A DNA stretch of 63,194 nucleotides, filler included, from Octopus bimaculoides (lineage: Eukaryota), in the NCBI RefSeq assembly GCF_001194135.2. It is 7 parts of 6 records of this genome, joined end to end, with 100 filler letters (N's around TTAATTAATTAA, not from the genome) between each part and the next. Parts side by side here need not be neighbours in the genome. Positions count along the whole stretch, not along the records: positions 21,537 to 41,982 come from NC_068981.1; positions 42,083 to 51,025 come from NC_068997.1; 5 more parts are not named here. One strand, 5' to 3'. The position numbers were made by a program, and so were the translations under genes. Shown here piece by piece: positions 37,594 through 51,025 of the stretch; positions within the stretch are counted from its first letter, which is position 1; each line of letters starts with the position of its first letter. Below the pieces are notes generated by a model. That model saw only the letters and a list, made by a program, of their open reading frames with translations, searched no databases and was not told the origin of the DNA.

Positions 37594-38445
37594 TGTTGCC
37601 ATAGTAACGAAGCTAAAGCACGAAAAGAAAAGCCGTTTGAGAAAGACTGACCTTAATATCTGCTGGGCAGGCACACCAAGTTTTAACGTACTCGCCCACT
37701 TCTGCGATTCACAGCAGTGTTTGGAATGAAGGTGTGTAGCGTGTGATTATCGCATTGACCGTAAAATATAAGACTGAGTAGAGAATTTGCATAACAATTT
37801 GCCAAAAGCTTCGTGATATCAGCTGAGAGGCCTACGCAAGTTATCAAAAAGTTGTCATCGTTCCCAACACAATCAAGTAGATCTTGTACATCTAAAACCC
37901 GAATGTCCTTTTGGTCAGCTGAAAGCAGCAGTTTTGGCACAAACGTGGCAGACACACACATCTCATACCCAAATTTTGATAATGGACTGTACTAAACTGT
38001 AACTAATCTGTGCATCCTCCGATAACTTATAGATAGCGATTGGACGATTGATTTCCCCTGACAACTGCACACACATCTGCGATGTTTTTCTCAGTTGTGC
38101 TTGTTTCTCAATGTCGACAATTCTTCGGCCGCCTTGGAACCATCTGAAACATTCGTACGCTTGTGTACGTCTCATACACTCCTCTTCATACACTTTCTGC
38201 AACTTTGCGTAGCTCTCTGGGCAGGTATCGCCATGAGAACTTTCTTTGTCATGGTGAATGCTATAATCACACGCTATACACCTTCATTCCAAGCACTGCT
38301 GTAAACTGCGAAAGTGAGCTAGAAGCTTAAACCTTAATACACATGCACAGCAGATTCGAAGGTCAGTCTTCGTAGAGCGACGTTACTATGTGAGCCTTAG
38401 CTTCGTTACTATGTCAACAGTCCGGATACTTATTATCAGACCTCG
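37594..38445. mobile_element. Mariner-derived foldback element (two inverted 5' ends)
   Basis: TGTTGCCATAGTAACGAAGCTAA mirrored at 38397-38419; transposase N-terminal remnants on both strands; TIR-like end at 38420-38445. Confidence 0.7.
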
Positions 38446-38784
38446 CAGTCGTAGGATCGCGGTTTCGATTCCCAGACCGGGCGTTGTGAGTGTTTATTGA
38501 GCGAAAACACCTAAAGCTCCACGAGGCTCTGGCCGGAGATGATGGTGAACCCTGCTGTACTCTTTCACCACAACGTTATCTCACTCTTTCTTCCTGTTTC
38601 TGTTGTACTTGTATTTCAAAGGACCAGCCTTGTCACACTGTGTCACGCTGAATCTCTCCTGAGAACTACGTTAAGGGTACACGTGTCTATGGAGTGCTCA
38701 ACCACTGGCACGTTAATTTCACGAGCAGGCTGTTCCATTGATCAGATCAACTGGAACTCTCGTCGTCGTAACCGACGGAGTGCC

Positions 38785-38785
<1 letters not shown>
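38445..38785 (+). mobile_element. SINE family B copy, 5'-truncated
   Basis: GGTTTCGATTCCCAGACCGGGCG...GACGGAGTGCCAAC then (CA)n. Confidence 0.85.
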
Positions 38786-38841
<56 letters not shown>

Positions 38842-39491
38842 GTACATACCCTTCTATTGTTTAATGTTTGTTATTTTACTGTCGTCATGCTGGAGCACCG
38901 CCCTAAAGTGTGTTAGTCGAGAAAATCGACATCAGGTCTTATTTCTTAAGCTTAGTACTTATTTTGTCGTTTCCCTTTTGCCGAACCGCTGGTATACACA
39001 TCTATTCACTAAGTTGCCAAAATTTCATTCATACCACAAAGCCCCTTTGAATAATCAGCACATGGAATCTACGTCTCCATAGTTTTCATTTGAAATTACA
39101 TAATATGAATTCCTATCGGAATTTACATACCATGGGCAAGAAGCATTTCGACCACTTCTACACACCACATTCCTTGGATAATGGAACCGCAACTATAACA
39201 TTCTATATATGTGATTTTTACTTTTATTCTCTTATTTTCCTTTATTCTTCTTATTTCCATCCTTTTTCAAAATCAAAATAACTCCTTATATTGAACTGTA
39301 CTATTTCCATCTATTTAACTCTCTCACATCGTCTCTAATGAAGGGATATCCCTAATACCCCACAAACAACTGTAAGACTAACTTTCTCTTTATATATGTC
39401 CTCATGAATGTCCGTATTAATGTCCTTAAAACTTCACACAGCCTTGGCTTTGTTATCTCATTTTATTTAACACATGCACACGCACACACAC

Positions 39492-39576
<85 letters not shown>

Positions 39577-39604
39577 TATATGTGTGTGTATGTATGTATG
39601 TATG

Positions 39605-39755
39605 TATACGACGGGCTTTTTTAGGTTTCCGTCTATCATATCCACTGAAAAAGCTTTGGTCAGCCCGAGGTTAAGGACGAAGACTCTCGCCTAAGGTGTC
39701 ACTGACCGGGACCTAACCCGAAACCTAATGGTTTGTGAAGCAAGCTTCTTACAAC
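39605..39755 (-). mobile_element. SINE family A copy
   Basis: Reverse complement of the CCTTAGGCGAG core and GAAACCTAAAAAAGCCCGTCG. Confidence 0.65.
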
Positions 39756-40322
39756 ACAGATAACTTAATAAAAAAAACACATGGATTATACTAAGAACTA
39801 GATTAATATTGAATGTTGAGATCTCTGTCCATGCATATTAATATGAACACACAGCATTTTTCGTTTATATGGAAAATATTGTAAGAGGTGATCAATCATA
39901 TAAGGACAGCCGAATCAAAGCAGAACTGCGAAGCTTTGTTAGAGACAAACAAACATGTTAAGTCTGTTTTTGTTTGTGAAGACTTCTAAATTTACTGAAA
40001 CTTATTATACGTCGTACAAATTGCACTCAGTTGACGGGATGAATCAGTGGATAAATTTTCTAAGCCACACTTTCTTTGATTTTCTTTGTAACTGCAAAGA
40101 TGTGTAATATTTTTATGATATCTTTCACAAGTGAGGCTAAATCTTTGTTTGGTATCTGATGAGGGTTTTATCGTTTATAAATATGCTATATATGTTAGTG
40201 AGAAAGATATCATATGGTTTGTACTAAACCAGCTGAGTGAGTATATTCATCGTCGTTGGGAAGTAAGTATAGAAAACATAATTAGAGATGTCTTTGTCGA
40301 AGGTTTAATACATCCATTGCCA

Positions 40323-40525
40323 GTAAGGCGGTGAGATGGAAGAATCGTTATCAAACTGGGCAAGATGCTTAGCGGTATTCTAACTAGAAATTTCACCGAG
40401 GTCGACTCTGATTTTTATCCTTTTCGGGGGCTCGATAAAATAAGTACCAGCTAAAGATGGGGGTTGATGTAATTGACTGCACACATCACCGAAATTGCTG
40501 ACCTTGTGCCAAAATTTGAAACCAT
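40323..40525 (+). mobile_element. SINE family C copy
   Basis: GGCGGTGAG head; CCGAGGTCGACTC..ATCCTTTTCGGGG..GATAAAATAAGTACCAG. Confidence 0.75.
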
Positions 40526-41527
40526 TATATTTATTTCTGCCTCTAATGATAAGAAAATGAGTTAGCTTAATTTAAAAATCATGGTTTGACAGTACGTGCG
40601 ATTTTGTTTTTTTTTAATGCTGTATTTTTTGAGCGGATATCAGCTGACCCAACGAATGGAAATGAAAATGGAGACACCTTGATAAATGGTGCGCTCAAGT
40701 AATGGAAACATATAAATGGTGTTTATTGTATACGCGTATCTGATAGGAATAGTAGAAGAATTGAATAAGAATTACTGGTGACAGGCAGCAGAATTTTGCA
40801 AACAATTTGCAGCCAAAGTATTATTATGGTATAACTCTCGGACATCAAGGAGAACTAATGGTTCAGAAAATGGAGATTCATAATACATTTCATTACATAA
40901 GACAACGATGATGATGAAAACGTGTACGTTTACTAAAGTCTATATGGAAGGAAGAGGAAATACAAAATAAGTCGGAAAATAACGAAGGGCATCATTCTGT
41001 TCTCATGTGCTGCTCAGTATTCTTTGCTGCCGTTTGTCATCCACTGGAAAGGGAGATAATTAGTAAAATTGCATAGTTCGTACTTGAAACAATTCCGAGT
41101 GGAAAACAGCTTTCCCGGTGGAACAGAAGTATATGTAAGCACGTAAACACAAATCATACTCATGTGATGTGCGTGCTTTGTATTATAGGAGAAATAAAGA
41201 ATAATGAATTTAAATTTTGGGACAATGCCAGCTATTTCGGAGGACATGATTAGCCGTTTATATCATTCCCCTAATATTCAACTGGGGCAATTGTTTTATC
41301 AACAACGGAATGATGAAATTCAATGGAAAGCGGACCACGCAGCCTTTGAGCTCAGGATCTATAGTTGGAAGACGTGCTACTAAACATTTTTCTAGCGCGG
41401 TAACAATTCTGTCGCTGAACAATAAACAATAAATCTTATTAAAATATATCATACCAAGTGCAAATATTACTGAAATAGGACTCAGTGTGTTAGGTAACGT
41501 GGATAAATGGATATATATGTGTGTGTG

Positions 41528-41558
<31 letters not shown>

Positions 41559-41564
41559 GTATAT

Positions 41565-41982
41565 GTCAATGTCTCCACACCAGACATTGACATGAAACTA
41601 GAATGTTTCATGTCTATTGTGCAAGCCATAAGCCAGAAATATGTCCCAGAGCACAAGGCCAAAACAAATAGGAACAAGATTCCAAGGGAGAGGAAGATCC
41701 TCATGAGACGACGGACAAAAGTTGTAAATTGACTCAACCAGCATTCCAAGAATGGCCAAATTTCCCGCCTAAAAACGACACTGATGGAGATCGAAAAAAG
41801 GCTTCAACAATCCTATGTGAGGGAGAGAGCAGACAAAGAAACCTGGGTTATAAAAAACATTAAGTCAAACCCAAAGGCCTTCTTTCATTACGCAAAAGAA
41901 ACAGCCTCAGTACGCTCCAAGATTGGACCTCTCTTCGAAAAGGATGGCTCCCTCACAGACAGTCCAACTAGGATCAGTGAGG
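41565..41982 (+). mobile_element. CR1-group LINE ORF2 fragment (EN-RT linker)
   Basis: IKNIKSNPKAFFHYAK...KIGPLFEKDGSLTD; one in-frame stop; cut by the linker. Confidence 0.8.
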
Positions 41983-43541
41983 NNNNNNNNNNNNNNNNNN
42001 NNNNNNNNNNNNNNNNNNNNNNNNNNTTAATTAATTAANNNNNNNNNNNNNNNNNNNNNNNNNNNNNNNNNNNNNNNNNNNNATATACATATATATATAT
42101 ATATATATATATTCACAGAGAGAGAGCGGGAGGGAGTAAAAGAGAGATAGGTGATGATGAACGTTAGACAAAGAATTCTAAACCTAATGAAGGGAGAGTG
42201 AATTTGTTGGTCTTTCTTTTATATTCACATCTTTGAAACGTTAAAGACTTCTCCATGATATGCAGTTCCTCACAGTACATGTTTAGTTTCTTCCGTCTTA
42301 TGCTTACAACTTGAATAATCTTAAAGTTATAGAATTACCTCACCCTGAATGGTAAATTGTGTTCTGAATGCATGTAGTTAATGTGGAAAATGTATCCAAT
42401 TATATGCAATACACAGAGACACACTCACACAGGAATATGAAATTTAGCTAATAAGGTTATTCACCAGAAGCGTATTGTGGTGTTTATAATAGTCAATAAA
42501 ATGTTAAAATATGTAACGTGAATAATTGAAGTTATTCCTCTACATGTAATAAGATTTTAGTACATGATATTGAAATCTAAGTGATATTGTGACTGCAATG
42601 AAAATAAAGAGAGTTTAACATCCTGCATTGAGGGATATATCATCTCCAGTTGAAATAGATACAGTAAGTGAAGACACTTAGATACAGTAATTGAGGATAT
42701 TTACATGAAAAGTGAAGAAAATGTAGATACGCAAATGCATGAATACATACTTAAATATTCATTTACGTATATACATACATTGGGGCCCTGGTATATGTAA
42801 CATACTGCCTAAACACCAATCTTGAGAAATTGGACTGCTCAAAACCAGAAAGGAGAAAGCTAATTCGGAGACTATAGATCCAATCCTCCACTGGAACTAT
42901 AAACGTCAGTAAGACTTTACAGAAGTTTATCATTTAAATATATATGAACATGTCTAGATATGTAACTCATTGCATGCATAAAACAAAACATACAAATGTG
43001 AACATATACATACATACAAAAATAAATACCCTGTTCTTGATGTTGAAATTCCAATGACGGAGCCTTGGATCCAAGTTAGAAACCAACTCTTTCTCTATTG
43101 GGAAGAAACCTTGAAATAAAACTGAATAAAGAAAAAAATACACACACACACACATATATATATATACATATATACATATACATATATATATATACATATA
43201 TACATATATGTGTATANNNNNNNNNNNNNNNNNNNNNNNNNNNNNNNNNNNNNNNNNNNNNNNNNNNNNNNNNNNNNNNNNNNNNNNNNNNNNNNNNNNN
43301 NNNNNNNNNNNNNNNNNNNNNNNNNNNNNNNNNNNNNNNNNNNNNNNNNNNNNNNNNCTGATATTGAAAAGGTGAAAACAAGCAATGTTAATTCTCTATA
43401 TGAAGTATTAACAGTAACTGCACGATAAAGTGTAGTATATTGCCACTTAAGTGTGGCTGACCCCTAGGGGTGGATGTTACTGTTGCTTTTAGCCCCAGGA
43501 GGACATCTCCTCCAGCTGGCTTATCGACACACGACTGTGTC

Positions 43542-43583
<42 letters not shown>

Positions 43584-46500
43584 CTATATACATATATATA
43601 TTTGTACATATACACGCGCACACGTAGACACACACTCACGCGTGGACACACACACATACGCGTATGCATACATTAAATAGATAAAGTTCTACCCTTTAGA
43701 ATATTAGTGACTGTTTCCATTCTAGCAAGCCATAATTATTCCTCTTGTTAACATTTTGATTGAATCCATGTCCCTTAACTATTCCATGACAGTATTTTGA
43801 ATATGCTGATGATGTAAAATATTCTGATTAATCTGTGATATATTCCATAGATACTGTATAAATATCTTACATTTAATTTACAGAATTTTCTCTCAATCTT
43901 GAAGCTATCTCTTGAGAACCGAAGTGAATATATTTGATATAGTTGAACATAACTAAACATATCTAATATCATATTTGCTTCTTTTCAAAGTGATTGCAAT
44001 GGCTTTTTTTACGCACGAAGTTAGGTCATTAATTGGTCTCGTTCCATTAATTTATTTTTATTTATTTTTGTTTTTGTTTTTATTCTCCATCTCTTTCGTT
44101 TATGTAGTTAACGCAATTTTATTCAAGCAGTTTATATAAAATGTTTATAATGGACTAGATATATGCAACCCCAAAGCACTAAACGTATTAGCAACTTAAA
44201 ATTCAGAAGTGCGTTCTGTAGCTTATTTGCATATTTCCTGATTATGTGAATCTGTTTAAAAAGTAGACAGGGATAGAAGTTTTAAAATCGACTAGACAAA
44301 ACTGTATCTTTATACGATGTAAAATGTCTAAAACAGCCATGAGACTTTTATTGATAATTCAATTTAGAGAAGTGTATTTTTGATAGTGTTTCAAATAATA
44401 ATCTGTTTAAAAGTCATCGCCTCCACGGCACGATGGGTAATATACTTTTACTGCTTGTAGCCAACAACGGTATGTTTACATTGCTTTGTCGACATCTATT
44501 ATTTTGCAAATTTCCATGTACTTTAGACCCCAGTTATAAATATCTGGCACATCGTTACCTCCATATATCTCAAGATTTTTTCCGGGATATGTGACCCATC
44601 GACTTCTCTTCATTCATTTTCTACTACTTCACCCTCTTTTGCTTTCTTTTCCTTTATTATCATGCTTTTTGTTTTGTTTCTTTGTGTTTAAACATTATAA
44701 GTAGATGAATAAACAAGTAAGTAATTAAAAAAAAATAACACTGGATCATTGTGTCCACGATGTTTCTGCTTCATTTACTTTTGTGTCAGATCATTTCATG
44801 TATGATCATCACGTGTTGGTTTTCTTTTCGAACAAACCTATTTAGTAAACAAAAGGATATACTCCTTCCAAGCTTAGATCAACCAATGAACGTGTCCTTT
44901 TTTCTTATTACACAAAATGTTTTTAAGTTATCACTCCTGTTACTCTACTTAACATTTCCCCATTGTTTTGAATCTGAAGGGGATATTCGTATTAATGTTG
45001 GCACAGAATTTTCTAAATGAACGGCAAAAATAAAAGCCAATGTTTGCCCGAGTTCTCTTGTTGCTTTTGCAGGTTTCTTTCACATTGTACTGTTCGTTTT
45101 TGTTGGGTAAGATCGATATTGCGTCAAGTATTTGGTTTTGGAAATGGAACATTCCATTCCATTTATTCTGTTGATTTGCTCACTGCCTTATCGTTGCTAC
45201 TTTGCGAGAATTTTTGCGTTGTTCAATTATATTTGGTCATTCGTTGAATTATATGCGCTTGAACAAACTGTGCTGAGGAACAGAACAATAATGCAATCTA
45301 AGAAAACCCTGTGGCTTACGTGTTTTCATCATAAGTAACATTACGACATTTTTTCATTTACATATTCTTTCATATTTTGTTTTAATAATAATATTTTTTT
45401 CTACAAACGTTAAACTTAATCTCGATTACTTAGTTATTAGATTATTCTAAAATTTGATATGTTATATTGGAAATTACAAAAAAAAATACTCCTATGTTAT
45501 TTTATTTCATTACGTTATAAATATATAGATATTTAGATGTATAAATATTCAGAATATAGTGACATTTACTAAAAAAAAATATCTAATTATAAAATATATT
45601 TTGACATCTAAGATTCCATATTTTACAAATAATAAAAATATGTCATACACGAATTTAATGGATAATTTGAATGAATTAGCTTTTCACCAGGTGTCGAAGA
45701 AGTACATACATTGGAGTGTAGGGCAGACTACCATGCAGAATTTGATAAGACTCGCTGTACTGTGCGTCCTATCCTGAGTTAAAAGTCTGCTTTTATCCTT
45801 TTAGAGGCAGTATAGAGTACGAAGCCAGGTTGTTGGATAAGTGGAACTGAAAAAGATCATGCACCTTCTTGAGGTATTTGTTCTGTCCCTTTACCTTCCG
45901 AGTGTAAATACAGTTACGGCTTACGTGGCTAATAGACACAATCGATTCTTTTATCTAACAACAACACCTGGAACCGAAAACACTGTGATGGTGTTGTGGT
46001 CACTACCTACTCTCCTGACTAAAAAATGAAACAATACTCGAGAAATCATCTTGATCTGTGGCTAGCGCTTGATAGACGGACAAACAGAGAAACACCGCTT
46101 TTATTAAAATATATAGATTCTGCTTGCAGCGTTGCATTTATTATGAGTTTGTTATTTCATTGCATCATTTAGAAGATTAAAATTATTCTTTTCTCCTGTT
46201 ATCAGAGTCACTTCTTATTACCGTCTTAGTTGCCAAATTGTTAAGATTCTTCATGAAACAGAAACAAATAAAAAACAAAAAAGCTGTATTTCTATTCCTA
46301 AGGGAGACATTTCAAAAGTTTTGTTTTACACTCTTGTTGCATATGTTAATACATAAAAAGTTCAACAAAAGTTAACTCAGGTTAGAATAGAAAACAAGAA
46401 GAATAAATCCAAACAGAAGAAATAAACATACACGTCTTTTCATTGCAAAATCCGATAATAATGATAATAAATTATTGCTATGAAAATATTGACAATAACA

Positions 46501-47353
46501 AAATAAGTTTCTGTCTCGCCAAAATCAATAAAAGAATAAAGTTATCAACCATATAATATTGTTGATTGTTCTCAACGTTTATCCGAATATTGAGAAATAG
46601 TCGGAATGCTTGGCAGAATTTATTGGAGTTTTGAGTATAATATTGAAACGGCTTTGAGCTGATGTGTCTTGCTTACCAGAGGAAACATGGCATACGGTAA
46701 AGTGTAAGAAAATGACTATTAGAGGAAGATGAGTGTCATAAACATGTATTGTAGAATAATCAAATAAGAACGCTAAAAAACCAAAGTATAGCTCTAGTTC
46801 ATTTAGTTCCCATTCCACTCTGAATGGGTAGAACTATGATCATATATATACAAACCGCTTTTTCTGTTCTTTTAAAGGTATTCTACATACAGGAATACAT
46901 TATGCAAATTAAAATGTGTAACATAGTAGGGCATGTATTAAGAAGTATGGTGTTGCCATATCTACTCGTTCAACCAACATCTTAGTGGTTCTTAGGTCTT
47001 ATTTGTATTAAGTGCCTACAACAGCCTTGCATCATAATTGTAAATCTCTCTCTCTGACATAATAGAATCGCACTCCAGTGTCCACGGTCCTCATTACATC
47101 CTAGAAGGAAAATTACAACGCATTTACCTCATAATGGTTTCCTATTTGTCGTTAATATAAACAGTTTATTAAAACTTCGTAAATACCACTCAAAATACTC
47201 CCTTTTCATCAATAATTTAGTCTTCATCAAATAATTCTAGTTCATCACGCCTCCCTTCGACTTTTAGTTCATGTAATTGGAAAAAACCGCATTAGTCATG
47301 GAATTACCCACCCAATACGTATATAGGTACATATATACATACATACAGAGAGC

Positions 47354-47421
<68 letters not shown>

Positions 47422-48528
47422 CACACATACACACATAGAGACATATATATATATATATATATANNNNNNNNNNNNNNNNNNNNNNNNNNNNNNNNNNNNN
47501 NNNNNNNNNNNNNNNNNNNNNNNNNNNNNNNNNNNNNNNNNNNNNNNNNNNNNNNNNNNNNNNNNNNNNNNNNNNNNNNNNNNNNNNNNNNNNNNNNNNN
47601 NNNNNNNNNNNNNNNNNNNNNNNNNNNNNNNNNNNNNNNNNNNNNNNNNNNNNNNNNNNNNNNNNNNNNNNNNNNNNNNNNNNNNNNNNNNNNNNNNNNN
47701 NNNNNNNNNNNNNNNTAATAGATAGATAGATAGACAAATAGATAGATATGCATGCATTATAATATATGACGAGATAGACAAAGAAAGATAGGCAGCTGGA
47801 ATGAAGTAATGAAGTAGAGATATTGAAGCTTATAGATGGCTGTATTTGAAACAGAATATCAAATTCAAATCGTTAGTTCCAAGTCAATTAGAATTAAATA
47901 TATTTTTCGCTAAGTTGCTGCGTACCAGATAAGGCTACATACATAATTTCTTAAAAGCTAAAACTGTCTATGGAGACATGGAGTGGCCATCGTTAAAATG
48001 TTCTGCCCATTTCTATAGCTATTATTTATTACAAAGTGTGTAACTCCTTTACAACAATACTTATCTAATAATTTTTGATAGTTGATAATTTCTTTAAATG
48101 AAGGACCCAAGTCAGAAGTTTTCTTTTGTTGAGAGTTTTAATCTGCAAATTTATTCACTAAAACGTACTGTAGTGTATGTTTATGGAGGTGGTTCTTATA
48201 CCGTATAATAACCACGATGGAGTTGTATAATATTATCTTTGTAAGAATTTCAAAAGAATTCCATTGTTAAAAGATCTTGCCAATACATTTCAACTGTAAA
48301 TTGGTAAAATTATTTAAAACAATGAATCATTAATAGTTTTTCTGCAACGTCTAGAATGTGAAATTTCACATTTATGATAATGGTGCTTATGAAGTAGCGT
48401 TGAAACAGAATTGCTCAACAAAAAGTGATAGTGGAATTCACCGCTCTAAATTTAGCCTGATACCTCCTTGAAGATTATCGCGTGTGCACATACACAGAGA
48501 CACATACACACACAAACACACACACACA

Positions 48529-48567
<39 letters not shown>

Positions 48568-50992
48568 ACGCACGCACGCACACAGATAAATATATAGATT
48601 TGGTACACAAACACCCACAGAGGTTTATATTCATATATACGCATACATACATATATACACATATGTATATATATATGTGTGTGCGTAGTTGTAGGTGTAA
48701 TATATGTAGAGAGATAGCTATACAGCCCTCCAACCATACATACACACATACACATACACGCACACACATATGTATATATTCATTCACTTCTCATTAAGTG
48801 TGTCAGCTTATATAAAGTTTCATACTAGATTAGCATTTGAATTTCTTGAAGTTACCCAACTATAATGAATGTAAAAAGAGATACTTGAAAATACGTGCAT
48901 AATATATTTTATATTTTATCTTCGGTTTATATTACTGAGCTGTTGATTTCCATTTTTGCTTAAAGTATCAAGTCTTTCAATATTAATGAAAGAAATAAAG
49001 CGTTTTTATTTTAAGGGAAGTTTATTATAAATTGCAATATTAAACTGTATACAATACTATTACCAGAACTGCTCTGAATGGAGAAGTTTTAATATTTCCA
49101 CGAATAGATTCGGTGTATAATCGAGTGACACTAGGATATTACAAACTGATTATCTATATACATCGGAGAAAGTAATCAGTGAGGTTATCGAGGAAATAAT
49201 TTCCACAGATTTATAAATTTTATATTTTTAGTTATCCAGTTTAGAAAAGATATNNNNNNNNNNNNNNNNNNNNNNNNNNNNNNNNNNNNNNNNNNNNNNN
49301 NNNNNNNNNNNNNNNNNNNNNNNNNNNNNNNNNNNNNNNNNNNNNNNNNNNNNNNNNNNNNNNNNNNNNNNNNNNNNNNNNNNNNNNNNNNNNNNNNNNN
49401 NNNNNNNNNNNNNNNNNNNNNNNNNNNNNNNNNNNNNNNNNNNNNNNNNNNNNNNNNNNNNNNNNNNNNNNNNNNNNNNNNNNNNNNNNNNNNNNNNNNN
49501 NNNNNNNNNNNNNNNNNNNNNNNNNNNNNNNNNNNNNNNNNNNNNNNNNNNNNNNNNNNNNNNNNNNNNNNNNNNNNNNNNNNNNNNNNNNNNNNNNNNN
49601 NNNNNNNNNNNNNNNNNNNNNNNNNNNNNNNNNNNNNNNNNNATATATATATATATATATATACGTATATGCGTGCCTGAAGTGGTCTAGATTTGGGCAT
49701 TGTCACCATCTATTTCAAGTCTGACTTTCAACGGACCTGAAATTCCTATATAAATAACTGAATAACGCCAGTTTATCCATTATATTCGATAAGAGTCTTC
49801 AAGTAGGTAATCTCTTAAACGTTACTTGAGATTTAAAATGAGATTTATATTTTCCATTTCATATAACTAATGAATGCTTCCAATATATTAATGTTAAATC
49901 TATACACATTAGCTCTGTCTTTAATAGTGTTTCCATTAAAATTTCTAGTCTTTTCGCACAAGTAGATTCTGTAATTATGCCTCTTAGTATAATAATGATT
50001 TTTTTCCTATGAAAACATTTTACATCTCTATCACTAGACTAAACATTTACTCTGCTCAAATAATTAATAAAGACAATAAAAGTCCCTAGTTTTTACTCTT
50101 ATAAAACTATCCCTGAAATAAATTCATTTCTTTCTATACATATTTCTAATACTAATAGTTTAAATCTGATTTTACCAGGAATTGATGTTCCGCAATAAAT
50201 ATACCTTGATTTACCTTGACGGTAGCGTAATAAATGAACAACTACAAGTTTCTACAATCCTCTAATATCTTCAGTTGTATGGGTAATACCGTTTGTTGAA
50301 TAGAAATTTAATATTTATGCGCCGAAGTTATAACAACACATTAGTAGACTGTTTTAATGGTAGGAGTAAAGGAAGAAATATTAATTTCAGTACATATCTT
50401 ACTGGCATATTCCGGAACCAGCTGTCGTAAGGATTCCGAAAGACTACAAGTCGCTTGAATATTATAAATAAATATGTGGTAATATATTTGAAGCCAGCTT
50501 TCTTTGCAAATGAATCTATGCACATGTTCTGGTGGAGTTTTGGATATCTAGTTGGATATAATACTTGGGTATGTTGGAAGTCAATTTAGAATAAAGTGTG
50601 AAATGATATTTAGTAACTTACGTTTTGTCTCAAGAAAGTTGATAGAATCAACTTTTAACTTTGTATTTAATTACCATTTCAGGGAAATGTGATTCTCATA
50701 TATGTGAATCCGTATCTTTCTATAGAAATATCTACTGCAGAAACGGAAGTATTACTGCACTCCCGAAAGCTGTCCGGAACTAGGATTTCTTCTCGCAAAA
50801 CCCAACTCATCACGCATTAATTTTATTGGTAATGTTAAATTTATGAAAACTGCTTGACTAAGTTTAAACATTTTTCAACAATTACTGCACTTATCGATAC
50901 ATTTTGCCGGACGGCTAGTTTGTGGGGACGTGTACAAACTAGCACCAGTTGCCAAGCGATAATGGGGACAAACATAGGCACAGAAATAAACA

Positions 50993-51025
<33 letters not shown>

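Noticed and set aside
43790-43840. YADD RT-like tetrapeptide
   Set aside because: The surrounding similarity is too weak to call an element.
50328-50525. VVFRNPYDSW resembling a sulfotransferase motif
   Set aside because: The motif is short, flanked by stops, and sits near a probable LINE relic (49700-49830).
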